From contig CBDBZY010000005.1 of the NCBI GenBank assembly GCA_965213685.1, positions 27,904 to 91,903 on the forward strand: a DNA stretch of 64,000 bases, in the 5' to 3' direction. Shown piece after piece: positions 38,708-49,239 of this stretch (its first letter is position 1; the number at the start of each line of letters is the position of its first letter). Under the pieces are notes generated by a model. The model did no database searches, was not told the origin of the DNA, and saw only the letters and a list, made by a program, of their open reading frames with translations. The position numbers and the translations under genes are program-made. The DNA comes from a bacterium (GTDB lineage: Bacteria; UBA8248).

Positions 38708-40402
38708 ATGCCCAAGATGAGCGGGGCGCAATTCATGGCCGACGCCCTCGACGCCTACGGCGTCACCCACATTTTCTTCGTGCCGACCATCCTGAGCCAC
38801 TCCCTCGCCCAGATGGAGACGCGCGGGACGCGCATCGCCCGCATCCTCACCCACGGCGAGAAGGCCGCGGCCTACATGGCGGACGGCTACGCCCGCGCGT
38901 CGGGGCGGCCCGGCGTCTGCATGGCGCAGATCGTGGGCGGGGTGAACCTCGCCGCGGGCCTTCGGGACGCCCACCTCGCCTGCGCGCCCGTCCTCGCGTT
39001 CACGGGCGGCACCACGCCGCAAATCCGCTACCGCAACGCCTACCAGGAGACGGAGGACATCAGCGCGTTCGACCCGGTCACGAAGTTCAACGCGGCGGTG
39101 GATTCCGTCGAGCGCTTCCCGGACATGCTGCGCCAGGCCTTCCGCGTCGCCACCTCGGGGACGCCGGGGCCGGTGCACCTGCGCTTCGGCGGCAACTTGG
39201 GCCAGGTGGAGCAGGAGGAGGCGGAGCTGCGGCTCGTCGTGGAGGAGAATTTCCGGCGCGTCCCCGCCTACCGGCCCGAGCCGTCCGCCGAGAGCGTCGC
39301 CTGTGCTCTGGAGGCGATTCGGGAGGCGCGCAGGCCCGTCATCGTCGCGGGCGGCGGCGTGCGCACCTCGCAGGCGGGCGCGGAGCTGGTGGCGCTCGCC
39401 GAGAAGCTGCGCATCCCCGTCGCCACCTCGATGAACGGCAAGGAGTCCATCCCGGGGAATCACCCCCTCTCGGTCGGCGTGGTGGGGACGTATTCGCGGC
39501 GGAGCGCCAACCGGATCGTCTCGGAGGCCGACCTCGTCTTCTTCGTCGGCACCCAGACCGGCGGCATGACCACCCACTTCTGGCGGGTGCCCCGCGTCGG
39601 AACCCCCGCCGTCCAGCTCGACATCGACCCGGAGGAGCTGGGGCGCAACTACCCGCTCCGGGCCTCGATCATGGGGGACGCGAAGGTCTCCCTCCGCAAG
39701 ATGCTCGGGGCGTCAGAGGAGACGGCCCCCGCGCGGGGGCGGGAGGAGTGGCTCGCGCGCGCGGCGGAGGCGGACGCCGCGTGGCGCGCGGAGGCGGCCC
39801 CGCTGCTGGAGTCGGACGCCGCCCCCATCCGTCCCGAGCGCATCTGCCGGGAGCTGGGCGCGCATTTGCCCGACGACGCCATCGTCCTGGCGGACACCGG
39901 ACACGCCGGCATGTGGACGGGCGGCTATCTCGACCTCACCAGCCCGGGGGCGAGCTTCCTGCGCGCCGCCGGCCACCTCGGCTGGGGCTTTCCCGCCGCA
40001 CTGGGCGCCAAGTGCGGGGCACCGGAGCGGCCCGTCGTCCTGTTCACCGGCGACGCGGGCTTCTGGTATCACATCGCGGAGGTCGAGACCGCCGCGCGCT
40101 GGGGGCTGCACGTCGTCGTCATCGTGAACAACAACGGCTCCCAGAACCAGGAGACGAAGATTTTCGACGAGGCCTACGGCGGCGCGCAGGGCGGACGCGC
40201 GCACGAGCTCTGGCACTTCAACCGGACGGACTTCCGCGAGATCGCGCAGTCCATGGGCGCCCGCGGCGTGCGCGTGGAGAGGGCGGGCGAGATAGCCGGC
40301 GCGCTCGACGAGGCGTTCAACATGCGCGGCGGCCCCGTCGTCCTCGACGTGGTCACCGACATCCGCGCCCTCGCCCCCGCCGCCTACGCCCCGGCGGAGT
40401 AA
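38708..40402 (+). CDS. Thiamine-diphosphate-binding enzyme (acetolactate-synthase-like)
   Basis: HGEKAAAYMADGYARASG; ThDP motif GDAG...NN. Confidence 0.9.
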   Translation: MPKMSGAQFMADALDAYGVTHIFFVPTILSHSLAQMETRGTRIARILTHGEKAAAYMADGYARASGRPGVCMAQIVGGVNLAAGLRDAHLACAPVLAFTGGTTPQIRYRNAYQETEDISAFDPVTKFNAAVDSVERFPDMLRQAFRVATSGTPGPVHLRFGGNLGQVEQEEAELRLVVEENFRRVPAYRPEPSAESVACALEAIREARRPVIVAGGGVRTSQAGAELVALAEKLRIPVATSMNGKESIPGNHPLSVGVVGTYSRRSANRIVSEADLVFFVGTQTGGMTTHFWRVPRVGTPAVQLDIDPEELGRNYPLRASIMGDAKVSLRKMLGASEETAPARGREEWLARAAEADAAWRAEAAPLLESDAAPIRPERICRELGAHLPDDAIVLADTGHAGMWTGGYLDLTSPGASFLRAAGHLGWGFPAALGAKCGAPERPVVLFTGDAGFWYHIAEVETAARWGLHVVVIVNNNGSQNQETKIFDEAYGGAQGGRAHELWHFNRTDFREIAQSMGARGVRVERAGEIAGALDEAFNMRGGPVVLDVVTDIRALAPAAYAPAE

Positions 40403-40472
40403 AAGGGGGGGAGAGGGAGGGATTTTCCGAACGCCCGGATGGGGCGGGGTTGTGCCGGCGGAACCGGAACCG

Positions 40473-40967
40473 TCAACCGCCCGGAACTGCCCAGTTGTCA
40501 AGAGCGGAGCGGGAAACCACGAGCGGTTTTTCGAGCTTGCCGAAAGAGATTTGAAGGCTCTTGCCTTTTTCCACCCGGACAGTCAGGGATTGCTGTTTCT
40601 TCTCCGGGGAGGAGGCGTCCAGCAATCGCCGTATCTGCTCCGGGGACGGAAAACATATCTGCATGTCATTTGCGAGCCGGATTTCCGGCAATCCGCAGAC
40701 CAGGGCGATGCGGCACCCCGCTTCCCGCAGCTGGCCCAGCTCGGCCTGCCCGAAGCTGAAAACCCAGGATTTTGCGTCCGTCGTTTTCGCCTCTCTCGGC
40801 TCTTCGCTGTACTTCACGAGGAGCCGGACGTCGTTGACCTTGTAGGTGGCCCACTCTTTTTGGGTGTTCGCCTCGATGAGGTGGAGCGTAGAACTCGGCC
40901 CCCTCCCTCGCAGTATCTTGACGAGAACCAGCCCATGAAACAATTCAAACTGCTTCACCGAAGACAT
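40473..40967 (-). CDS. Hypothetical protein at the distal end of the defence island
   Basis: 164 aa, RBS GGAGG; FELFHGLVL, LLVKYS, WVFSF, LVCG. Confidence 0.7.
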   Translation of the reverse strand: MSSVKQFELFHGLVLVKILRGRGPSSTLHLIEANTQKEWATYKVNDVRLLVKYSEEPREAKTTDAKSWVFSFGQAELGQLREAGCRIALVCGLPEIRLANDMQICFPSPEQIRRLLDASSPEKKQQSLTVRVEKGKSLQISFGKLEKPLVVSRSALDNWAVPGG

Positions 40968-41073
40968 CCCTTGCCTCCTGTGGACGGGCGCGCGGGGGGA
41001 GAAAACGGCAGATTACCACGGCGCGGCGAGCGAGGGCAAGACGCCCGCGCGCGGCGCGCGTCTGCGCGCCACG

Positions 41074-44000
41074 TTACGAGACGCTCTTGCGGACTGCCTC
41101 TATCTCGGCGCGGTCAAGGCCGTAGAGCCGATAGACGAGGCGGTCGATTTCCGCTTCCGGTGCGGCTGTGTCGGCCTTCGGGTCGGCTGCTTTCGCCGCG
41201 ATGATCTCATCCACGAGGCGGACGAGGGGCCGCTGCTCCTCTCCGGATATTCGGGGGACGGGAATTTGCTCGACAACGAATTTTTCCCATTGAATAGATG
41301 CTTTCCCTAAGCTCCTCGCCAGATTCCGCGCCATCCAGGCGCCAAGCGCGCTGTTCAAAACGGCGCAGAGATACTTCAGGGACGAACCCGTAAGAACGAA
41401 CCCCTTGTTGTTGCAATACATGACCTTTTCCGAGTAGGAGAATCGACCTTCAAGGGTTATGTCCCTCCAGAACAGCTTCTCTTTGGCGAATAGATTGATG
41501 TAGCTGTCCTTCGGGTTGTTGTCCAATTCCAGCCAGTGATGCTGTCCCTCGTAGTCCGGGTTTCGTCCACTACCGGAACGTGTATATCGACACTGGCCAC
41601 GGGCCCGCAACTTCACCTCGTGCCGCGTGAGATGTTGATACACGGCAGGGTAATCATCAGGTAGAGTCTTGTGGCTACCAAACTTGGCGACTATCAGCCA
41701 TAACCCCTTCCAGTGCGCGCGCCAGCGTTCGATGTCCTGCCCGCGCAGGACGGGCTGGATGATTTCGGCGGAGCGGGGGTCCTCGTCAACGAGGGCGTTC
41801 CGCGCGGCGGCGTTGATGATGAAGGCCTCGTTGTAGCCTGTTCTGATCCCCATGTTGATCCGCACGTCCCATCCCTTGAGCGGGACGCCCCGCGCTTGTA
41901 TCTTCTCAAACGCGCCCCACTCGACGGCGGAGAGGATGCTCCAGGGCGCCTCGCCGTCCGGGTGCGCCTCGTCCCAACCCGATGCGCTTTGCGGAGGGAG
42001 GCGGGGGGGACTTGAATCGGTTCGTTTCATTTTAATGGCGGGCAGGCGGACCGCGCCATTATCTTCAAGATCGGCCGCGTCCGCCGCGTCTTTGCCCTCG
42101 CGGACCAGCAAGATGCTGGCGTCCACACTCGCCTCGAACACTTTGCTATCCCTATCATCCCAGAGGCGCAGCGGCGTGTGGGACTCGGCGAAGAAGCGGC
42201 GCAACCGCTTGCCGTATTCCGCCTTCAGCCAGCTGTTGGAGGTGATGTAGGCGAGCACGCCGGCGCCCGGACGGAGCAACCGGCAGCCGCGCTCGTAGAA
42301 GAGCTGGTAGATGTCCCCCCTGGGCGCGAAGGTCGAGAAGCGCGCGCCCTCGTATCTTTTCGCCAGTTCTCCGGCGTTTTTCTCCAGCTGGACGTAGGGC
42401 GGATTGCCGATGACGACGTCGAAGCCCCCCGACACGCCGAACATGTATTCCGGCTCGAACCAGTCCACGCTGGCGGTCTGATCGTACGGGTCCCAGCGGG
42501 CGATTCTCTCCGCGCTGTCGTGCTTGAAGCCCAGGTCTTCCAGCGCGCGGGCGAGCGCGTCCCGCAGCGCGGCGTCCCTTTTGCGCAGCAGCCGCTTGGT
42601 ATTTCGATCTGTGGCGTTGAAGTAGCGTTCGCGCACCTGCCGCAAAGCATTTTCCAGCGCCCTCACGCGGTCGCTCCCCAGCGCTTGCTGCCCCTCGTCG
42701 CCCAGACCCAGCAGCGTGTCAGTAGCGACGAAGCGCGTCTCCAGGTTCGGCAGGGGGCGGATGCCGTAATTCTCCCTTGCGTCGCCGGTCGGCTCCTGCT
42801 CGATGGCGAGCGAGATGAAAAAGCGCAGCTTGGCGATCTGGCAGGCGACGGGCTGGATGTCCACGCCGTAGATGGCGTTCTGGATGAGGTAGAGCTTGCG
42901 TCCGTAATCCGATGCCCGGTACTTCTCGAAGGTTGCGCTGATCTGCCGCAGCGCGTCCTCGCGCCGTTCCCGATTCCCGATGTCGAAGGCCGCCCCCGCC
43001 TGCGCGCGCGCCCGCTCCCTCTGGAGTTCCTCCCACAGCCGGTTGTCCGGGTCGAGGCGGCGGAGCGCGAGGGTGAGCTTCTGGAGAACACCCATCGGGA
43101 AGGCGCCGGAGCCGGCGGCGGGGTCGAGCACCCGGAGGTTGGCGATGGCGTCCACGACCGCGCGCCTCTCTGCCTTCTCGAAGAGCGTGTCGGCGTCGTT
43201 CATCGCGGCGGAATGCTCCAGAAGATAGCGCAGCCGAGCGCGCCAGGATTCCTCGTCTTCGACGGTCGGGCGGCTTTTCGCCGCCAGCGCCTCGGCGAGC
43301 GCCTCCCCCGCCATGTCGTCCACCACCCACCGGGGCGTGTAGTAGGAGCCGGTGTCCTTGCGGGCGGTGTCGCGCATCTCCGGGTTGTAGGCGGCCAGCA
43401 GGTTCTCGAACACGAGGCCGAGCAGCTCCGGGTCGAGGGCGACCTCCTGGTCTATCGGCGTGTTCTCCTCCACCGTGAACTTGTAGCGTCGGAGGATGGG
43501 GAACAGGCCCTTGTCCTCATCGAAGAACAGGCGCGCCGGCACGTCCAGCTCCCGCCTCTGCGCGGGATTGTCGGTGAAGACGTCCACCCGCCGGCCGCCC
43601 TCCCTTTTCCCCTCGAAATGGTCCAGGCAGTCGAACAGGCCGCCATTCACGAAGGGGACTTGCCGCAGCTCCTTGGCGAAGCCGTCCGGGTCGATCAGCA
43701 GGTCGCTATAGCGGTATCTGCTGAAGTCGCGGTGGGTCTTGCGGTCGCCCCCGCTGAAGGCGCGCTTGCGGATAGCCGTGTTCAGGGTGGCGAAGAACAG
43801 GTTCTGGAGCACGGCGCGGTAGTAGTCCGTGCGTGCGGGCGCGTGATCCCGGAGCGTCCGGCGTGCGAAGCGCTCCTCGAACAGGCGTTCGGGAACCAGT
43901 CCCTTCTCCTTCAGGAACCAGATGAACAGCAGGCGCGTGATCAGCCGAATCACGTGTCTCTCGGGCGAACCCGCACCCGCGCCGTCGTCGGGAAAGCGGC

Positions 44001-44718
44001 ACTCCCGGCGCGCGCGCTCAAACCATTCGAACAGGTCGCGGTAGAAGCGCCTGTTCAGCGTCTCGGTGTCGAGCGCGTCTTCCCACGCCCGGTGCAGGCC
44101 GTCAAAATCCCGCACGCCCTTTTCACGCAGGGAGGAGAGCGCCAGCTCGCCGAGAATATCGACGTGCGCCCGGTGCGGATGTTCGGAATGAATGTCCTTG
44201 ATCAAGGTCACCTTTTCCAGCACGTCGCGGCCTTTGTCCCGCTTGTGGGCGCGGCGGTGGACGACGGAGAGGGTCAGGGCGCCCCCGTGCCGGAGAAGGA
44301 GGACGACCGGCATCCGGAAGCCGCTGTTGACGGCGCGCGTCATCCCGGCCAGCTCCGTCCGCGTGTAGGCACCGCCGCCATTCAGCTCCGCCGCCACGAA
44401 CAGAAAGGACTTGTCGCGCTTCTCCTCGAACTTCGGAAACAGCGTCCGGTCGCCGTCAATCTCCTCCCCGGTGAGCTGAAAGACGATCTCCGCCGAACGC
44501 CAGCCGTCGAACAGCCGCCGCTGCCTTTCCGTCAAGTCTTTCCCGTCTTCTTTCAGCGACTCCCGCAGCCACTCCAGGAAATCGGCGACGCTCCCCACGT
44601 CTGTCGTCCGGTCGCTCCGGTAGCCGAGCGCGCCGAACAGCGTCGCCGCCCGACTCCGTAGCGAGCCGCTCCCGTTTTCCGCGAAACCGCGCAGCGCGTC
44701 CATCAGGGCTTCACGCAT
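41074..44718 (-). CDS. Type IIG/Eco57I-like N6-adenine methyltransferase with target-recognition region
   Basis: PFVNGGLF, LLGLVFENLL, TGSYYTP, LDPAAGSGAF, VIGNPPY, TaqI-C-like C-terminus. Confidence 0.9.
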   Translation of the reverse strand: MREALMDALRGFAENGSGSLRSRAATLFGALGYRSDRTTDVGSVADFLEWLRESLKEDGKDLTERQRRLFDGWRSAEIVFQLTGEEIDGDRTLFPKFEEKRDKSFLFVAAELNGGGAYTRTELAGMTRAVNSGFRMPVVLLLRHGGALTLSVVHRRAHKRDKGRDVLEKVTLIKDIHSEHPHRAHVDILGELALSSLREKGVRDFDGLHRAWEDALDTETLNRRFYRDLFEWFERARRECRFPDDGAGAGSPERHVIRLITRLLFIWFLKEKGLVPERLFEERFARRTLRDHAPARTDYYRAVLQNLFFATLNTAIRKRAFSGGDRKTHRDFSRYRYSDLLIDPDGFAKELRQVPFVNGGLFDCLDHFEGKREGGRRVDVFTDNPAQRRELDVPARLFFDEDKGLFPILRRYKFTVEENTPIDQEVALDPELLGLVFENLLAAYNPEMRDTARKDTGSYYTPRWVVDDMAGEALAEALAAKSRPTVEDEESWRARLRYLLEHSAAMNDADTLFEKAERRAVVDAIANLRVLDPAAGSGAFPMGVLQKLTLALRRLDPDNRLWEELQRERARAQAGAAFDIGNRERREDALRQISATFEKYRASDYGRKLYLIQNAIYGVDIQPVACQIAKLRFFISLAIEQEPTGDARENYGIRPLPNLETRFVATDTLLGLGDEGQQALGSDRVRALENALRQVRERYFNATDRNTKRLLRKRDAALRDALARALEDLGFKHDSAERIARWDPYDQTASVDWFEPEYMFGVSGGFDVVIGNPPYVQLEKNAGELAKRYEGARFSTFAPRGDIYQLFYERGCRLLRPGAGVLAYITSNSWLKAEYGKRLRRFFAESHTPLRLWDDRDSKVFEASVDASILLVREGKDAADAADLEDNGAVRLPAIKMKRTDSSPPRLPPQSASGWDEAHPDGEAPWSILSAVEWGAFEKIQARGVPLKGWDVRINMGIRTGYNEAFIINAAARNALVDEDPRSAEIIQPVLRGQDIERWRAHWKGLWLIVAKFGSHKTLPDDYPAVYQHLTRHEVKLRARGQCRYTRSGSGRNPDYEGQHHWLELDNNPKDSYINLFAKEKLFWRDITLEGRFSYSEKVMYCNNKGFVLTGSSLKYLCAVLNSALGAWMARNLARSLGKASIQWEKFVVEQIPVPRISGEEQRPLVRLVDEIIAAKAADPKADTAAPEAEIDRLVYRLYGLDRAEIEAVRKSVS

Positions 44719-44721
44719 CGC

Positions 44722-47700
44722 TCAGGTCTCCTCTTTCCGCCGCGCCTCGCGCGCGTCGGCGATGATGAACCACGTAATCAGCTCGAAACGCGCCGCCCCG
44801 TCCGGCTGCTCGGCTCGCTTCGAGAGCGTCGCGCCGCGCTCTCGGGCGATCGCCCGCAACTCGGCGCGGCGGAAGGTCGACGCGATGTCTTTCAGGGCGG
44901 CGTCCAGCAGTTTGTCGTATTTCTCCATTTCCTGTCCCCGCCGCGTCTGCCGGTCGAAGGCGTCCTCCAGTACCGCTATGGCCTCCGCCTTGCCGGCGGC
45001 GAGGCTCCGGAACAGGGCGAGGCACTGCTTCGGTTGTGCGAAGGTGTGGCGGACGCTTCCGTCGTCGCGGACGTGGACGAGAAAATACGGCCACAGACTG
45101 TTCGCCGTATGCCGCTCCGCCTCCCCCTTGCGCTTCAGGCAGAAGATGACGCCGGGCGGGACGGGGCCGGGCGGCCCCCCGCCGGGGAGGTCGGCGGACG
45201 GGCGGTTGTCGGCGATGGCGTAGACGCCGGCCGGCGCCGCTTCGAGTTCCGCGCGGTTTCGCTGGATGTAGCGCAGCAAATCGGCGAGGAACTCATCGAG
45301 CGTGAGGTCGCTCATGGTCACGACGTCGTCCGCATCCTCCATGTCGAGAGGCTCGTTGCGGATCCGCTTCAACTGCTCGCCCCGAAACCGCAACTCGCCC
45401 TGCGCCGCCTCCTGCGCGTTCAACAGGTCGTCGTCGCCCGTCGCCGCCGCGTCGGCGAGCGCCATGCGCGCCTCCACGCGGTTTTTCAGGTCCAGATAGC
45501 GGTCGAGATTCTCGGTCGGCCAGAAATTGAGCATGCGGACTTCGCGGTTGCGGCTTCCGAGCCGGTCGATTCGACCGAAGCGCTGCATCAGGCGAATCGG
45601 GTTCCAGTGTATGTCGTAGTTCACGACGAGGTCGCAATCCTGGAGGTTCTGCCCCTCGGACAGGCAGTCGGTCGCGATCAGAACGTCAATCTCCTCGCCG
45701 CCGCCATCCGCATTCTGGGCGCGCGGCGCGAAGCGCCCCAGAATATCGGCGAATTGCGACGCGCCCGTCGTGCTCCGGTTCCCCTCGCCGCCGGTCACCA
45801 GCCCCACGTGAACGCCGAACTCGCAGCGCATCGGCTCCGAGAGATGGGCGTACAGATAGCGGGCGGTGTCGGCGAAGGTGGTGAAGACGAGCGCCTTGCG
45901 GTTGGCGCGCCCGTCCTTATCGGCGGGGGCCGTCTTCACCTTGCGCCGCAGCGCCTCCCCCAACCTGGCCAGCTTGGCGTCGCGCGCGACGGTGACCCGT
46001 TCCGCCCGCTCGCAAATGTCCGCGAACATCTTCCTGTCCTCGCGCAGGTCGCCGCGCCAACGGTCGACGTCGAGTGCGGCCAGCCGATAGCGGCGCCTTC
46101 TGCCGACCGTGAACTCCTCGTCCTCCTCGTCCTCCGCGCCGTCTCCGGGCCAGGAGTCTATCTCCTCCTCCCCGCCGCGCTCTTTCCACGCCTCGATGCG
46201 GCGGTCGACATCGTCTATCTGGTCGAGAATGCGCTTCGCGGTCAGGGCGAAGGCGCGCACCGAGCTTTCCAGGCGCTTCAAGAGGTTCACGCGCATCATG
46301 CCGACGAGCCAGCGTTCGCGGTCGCGCTGGTCGAAGCGCAGATTCGCCTTCTCCTCGTCCAGGCTGGACTTGTCCTTCAGGTATCGCGAGGGCATGTAGA
46401 CGGCGAGGCGGAAGTCGCTGATGCGCTCGTGCAGCTCGTCATACGAAAGCGCGCCGTCGCGGTCCGTGCCCGGATGCAGGTTCTCCGGCGCCGCCCGCTT
46501 CGGGAAGCCGCCGATCCGCTTCGTTTCCTCCGGATAGAAACGGCGGAGATGGTCGCGGGAGCGGGCGATGGTGACCGCGTCCAGCAACGCCAGGAAATCC
46601 GCCCCCAGGTTTCCGACAAGCGCGGCCTTGTCCGTCTTCTCGCCCCTTTTGCGCGCATCCTCCCATCGCCTGAATTCGCGCTGGGCGACGCCGAACATCG
46701 TCTGGATGTCGCCGATGCCGAGCGCCTCGCGGAACGCGTCCCGACGCTTTTCGGTCATCAGGTATATCTGGTTGCGCAGGTCGCGCAGGCTGGTGTTCAC
46801 CGGGGTCGCCGAGAGCATCAGCACCTTGGTTCGCGCGCCATCTTTTATCACCTCCTCCAGCAGGCGGTTGTAGCGGCTGCGCCGGAGGATCGCGCCCGCG
46901 TCGTCCCGCCGGTCGCGGCCTTCGTTGCGGAAGTTGTGCGACTCGTCGATGACGACGAGGTCAAACCCGCCCCAGTGGAAGTTGGCGAGGTCGATCTTGT
47001 CCGCCTTGCCCTCGTAGCGGCTCAGGTCCGTGTGCGCCAGCACGGTATAGCCAAACCGGTCCCTCTCGAACGGGTTGTTGCGCTGGGAGGCCCAGGAGGC
47101 GTAGCGGGTCCAGTTCGCCTCCAGTTTCTTGGGGCAGAGCACCAGCACCCGCTCGTTGCGCAACTCGAAAAACTTGATCACCGCGAGCGTCGTCCAGGTC
47201 TTCCCGAGTCCCACGCTGTCGGCGATGATGCAGCCGTTGTGCCGGAGGAGCCGGTTGACGGCGTTCGTCGCCCCGTCCCGCTGAAACCCGTAAAGATTCT
47301 TCCATATCTCGGTGTCGTGGAGATGAATATCGTGGAGCAGGCCTTCCTGCTCCCTGTGCCGGGCGATCCAGTCCGCGAAAACATGGAACAGGGTCTTGTA
47401 ATAGACAAACTCCGGCGCATACCGCCTGCCGAGGCGCTCCAGGGCGGCCAGAACTTCCGCCTTCACGTCCCGGGCAATGGCTTCGTCGCTCCAGAGCTCC
47501 TCGAACCATCCGAGGAGGAGTGCGCGGTCGGCTTCGGCGCGGACCTCCAGATTGAGCTCTATGTTGGGCTTCGCGCCATAGCCAAGCCCGCGCCGCGTGA
47601 AATTGGAGCTGCCGGCGAGCGCGGCACCACCGCCTCCGTCCGCGACGTGGTAGAGCTTCCCGTGCAGGAAACCCGCGGACTGGACGGTGCGGACGTCCAC

Positions 47701-48024
47701 CTTCTTCTTGATCCAGTCGCCGCAAGCCCTTGCGAGCGCCTTCTGCGCCAGGACGCGACGCAGCTCGATGCCGCTGTCGTCGTTCAACCGGAAATCCCTG
47801 CCGGCGTCCCCGCGCGGGTCCATCGACGCGACCCCGTACGGATCGCCATAGAGAAACCGGACGCGGCCCGCCTCCTCCAGCTGATGGCGCAGGGCCTCGT
47901 ATGCGTAGATCGTGAAATAGGCGGAGACGATGGAGACGTTCGAGCCGGTCTTGATTCTCTCGCGCAAGAAATCCCCGACGCGGCGGTGCCTGTTGTCGAT
48001 AACGGTGCCGCCGCTTGGCGTCAT
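44722..48024 (-). CDS. Phospholipase-D-like nuclease fused to SNF2 helicase
   Basis: SAYFT, LHGKLY...GSSNFT (HKD-type), ADSVGLGKT, DESHNFRN, LSATPVN, LSEGQNLQD, QRFGRIDRLG. Confidence 0.9.
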   Translation of the reverse strand: MTPSGGTVIDNRHRRVGDFLRERIKTGSNVSIVSAYFTIYAYEALRHQLEEAGRVRFLYGDPYGVASMDPRGDAGRDFRLNDDSGIELRRVLAQKALARACGDWIKKKVDVRTVQSAGFLHGKLYHVADGGGGAALAGSSNFTRRGLGYGAKPNIELNLEVRAEADRALLLGWFEELWSDEAIARDVKAEVLAALERLGRRYAPEFVYYKTLFHVFADWIARHREQEGLLHDIHLHDTEIWKNLYGFQRDGATNAVNRLLRHNGCIIADSVGLGKTWTTLAVIKFFELRNERVLVLCPKKLEANWTRYASWASQRNNPFERDRFGYTVLAHTDLSRYEGKADKIDLANFHWGGFDLVVIDESHNFRNEGRDRRDDAGAILRRSRYNRLLEEVIKDGARTKVLMLSATPVNTSLRDLRNQIYLMTEKRRDAFREALGIGDIQTMFGVAQREFRRWEDARKRGEKTDKAALVGNLGADFLALLDAVTIARSRDHLRRFYPEETKRIGGFPKRAAPENLHPGTDRDGALSYDELHERISDFRLAVYMPSRYLKDKSSLDEEKANLRFDQRDRERWLVGMMRVNLLKRLESSVRAFALTAKRILDQIDDVDRRIEAWKERGGEEEIDSWPGDGAEDEEDEEFTVGRRRRYRLAALDVDRWRGDLREDRKMFADICERAERVTVARDAKLARLGEALRRKVKTAPADKDGRANRKALVFTTFADTARYLYAHLSEPMRCEFGVHVGLVTGGEGNRSTTGASQFADILGRFAPRAQNADGGGEEIDVLIATDCLSEGQNLQDCDLVVNYDIHWNPIRLMQRFGRIDRLGSRNREVRMLNFWPTENLDRYLDLKNRVEARMALADAAATGDDDLLNAQEAAQGELRFRGEQLKRIRNEPLDMEDADDVVTMSDLTLDEFLADLLRYIQRNRAELEAAPAGVYAIADNRPSADLPGGGPPGPVPPGVIFCLKRKGEAERHTANSLWPYFLVHVRDDGSVRHTFAQPKQCLALFRSLAAGKAEAIAVLEDAFDRQTRRGQEMEKYDKLLDAALKDIASTFRRAELRAIARERGATLSKRAEQPDGAARFELITWFIIADAREARRKEET

Positions 48025-48036
48025 CCAACAGGCCCT

Positions 48037-48435
48037 TCAGTCCAAAAAGGCACTTAACCGCCGCTTTAGAGCATCCTCATCGGCGAGTTCACACTCCCAT
48101 AGCGTAAGTCCGCTCCAACCAGAGGCTGTTAGTTCGTCGAGTTGGCGTGAATGACGCTCGACATTCCGCTTGATTTTTGCTTTCCAGTACTCGGCGTTGG
48201 TTTTTGGCAGACGATTCCCGCGCTTGCAAGAATGCCCATGCCAGAAACACCCATGTACGAAAATAACCTTTCGACGCGAGACGAACACTATGTCAGGCTT
48301 GCCCGGCAAGTCCTTCCTGTGTAATCGATAGCGATACCCCAGCCCATGCAGAAGTCGTCGGACCATCATCTCGGGCCTGGTGTCTCGGCCCTTGACCGCG
48401 CGCATAATCCGGCTACGCTGCTCGGAAGGCGTCAT
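48037..48435 (-). CDS. vsr: Very-short-patch repair endonuclease
   Basis: RSRIMRAVKGRDTRPE, LPGKPDI, FVHGCFWHGH, WEC. Confidence 0.95.
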   Translation of the reverse strand: MTPSEQRSRIMRAVKGRDTRPEMMVRRLLHGLGYRYRLHRKDLPGKPDIVFVSRRKVIFVHGCFWHGHSCKRGNRLPKTNAEYWKAKIKRNVERHSRQLDELTASGWSGLTLWECELADEDALKRRLSAFLD

Positions 48436-48504
48436 TACGAGCTGTGAATAGCCGTCGGAGCGGACTTCCGCTGCGCTTCGCCGCCCCGGGCAAAATACGC
48501 CTCC

Positions 48505-49239
48505 TTAACCAAGCAAATCGATCCAGTCATCTCGATATTTGATAGCTTTCCATATATGTTTAGGTTCTATTTGTGGCACATAGCGATTGATAACAAAGCG
48601 ACGAGATGAGCCGGGCACCAATCGAAAAATTGTGAATTGCGCACCGTGTGGTTGCCAAGTGAAGCAATGATCGCTAGTGGCTTTGTCACGGCCCTCTAAG
48701 TTCCCTCGACTATTGACGCGCCACTCGTAGTTGTCTACCGGGAATCGGGCGATCTCCTCCTCGAACAATAAAAATTCTTGGGATGACATATTGCGAAGCA
48801 ATACCATGAGACGCAGGTCGTCATGCTCATTAAGCGATGCGTTGACGCGCTCGTTCCAGATAGATAACACCGCGCGGCCGGTGGCGGCCACGTCGGCCCT
48901 AGGATCGGAGATGCCCAAAGAGTAATCCGGGCTGTTCCTGCCTGATATAAGCCGCACTCTAAGGGCGTTGTGCGGATCCTTCTGCTTAACAGTTTTGGCG
49001 GACCATCCGCATCCGTTGCGCACAACATCCACTACGCCAAGCGGACTGGAGCGATGAAATCCATCCACGCCTTTCGCCAGCAGCTCGCCGTAATCATCCC
49101 CCTTGATATCTTCGTCCCCCAGCGCGAGTCGATGCACCAAGTGTCTACCCATACGGAGGACAACATCGTCAGGTATCTGGCCAATGGGCCACGGGCCACG
49201 CAACACATTGGAACTACCGCGCAATTTCGGCGAACGCAT
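48505..49239 (-). CDS. Putative Type II restriction endonuclease
   Basis: Lies between a C5 methyltransferase and vsr, overlapping the methyltransferase stop; VDV...SAKT resembles a PD-(D/E)xK variant; lower GC. Confidence 0.65.
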   Translation of the reverse strand: MRSPKLRGSSNVLRGPWPIGQIPDDVVLRMGRHLVHRLALGDEDIKGDDYGELLAKGVDGFHRSSPLGVVDVVRNGCGWSAKTVKQKDPHNALRVRLISGRNSPDYSLGISDPRADVAATGRAVLSIWNERVNASLNEHDDLRLMVLLRNMSSQEFLLFEEEIARFPVDNYEWRVNSRGNLEGRDKATSDHCFTWQPHGAQFTIFRLVPGSSRRFVINRYVPQIEPKHIWKAIKYRDDWIDLLG

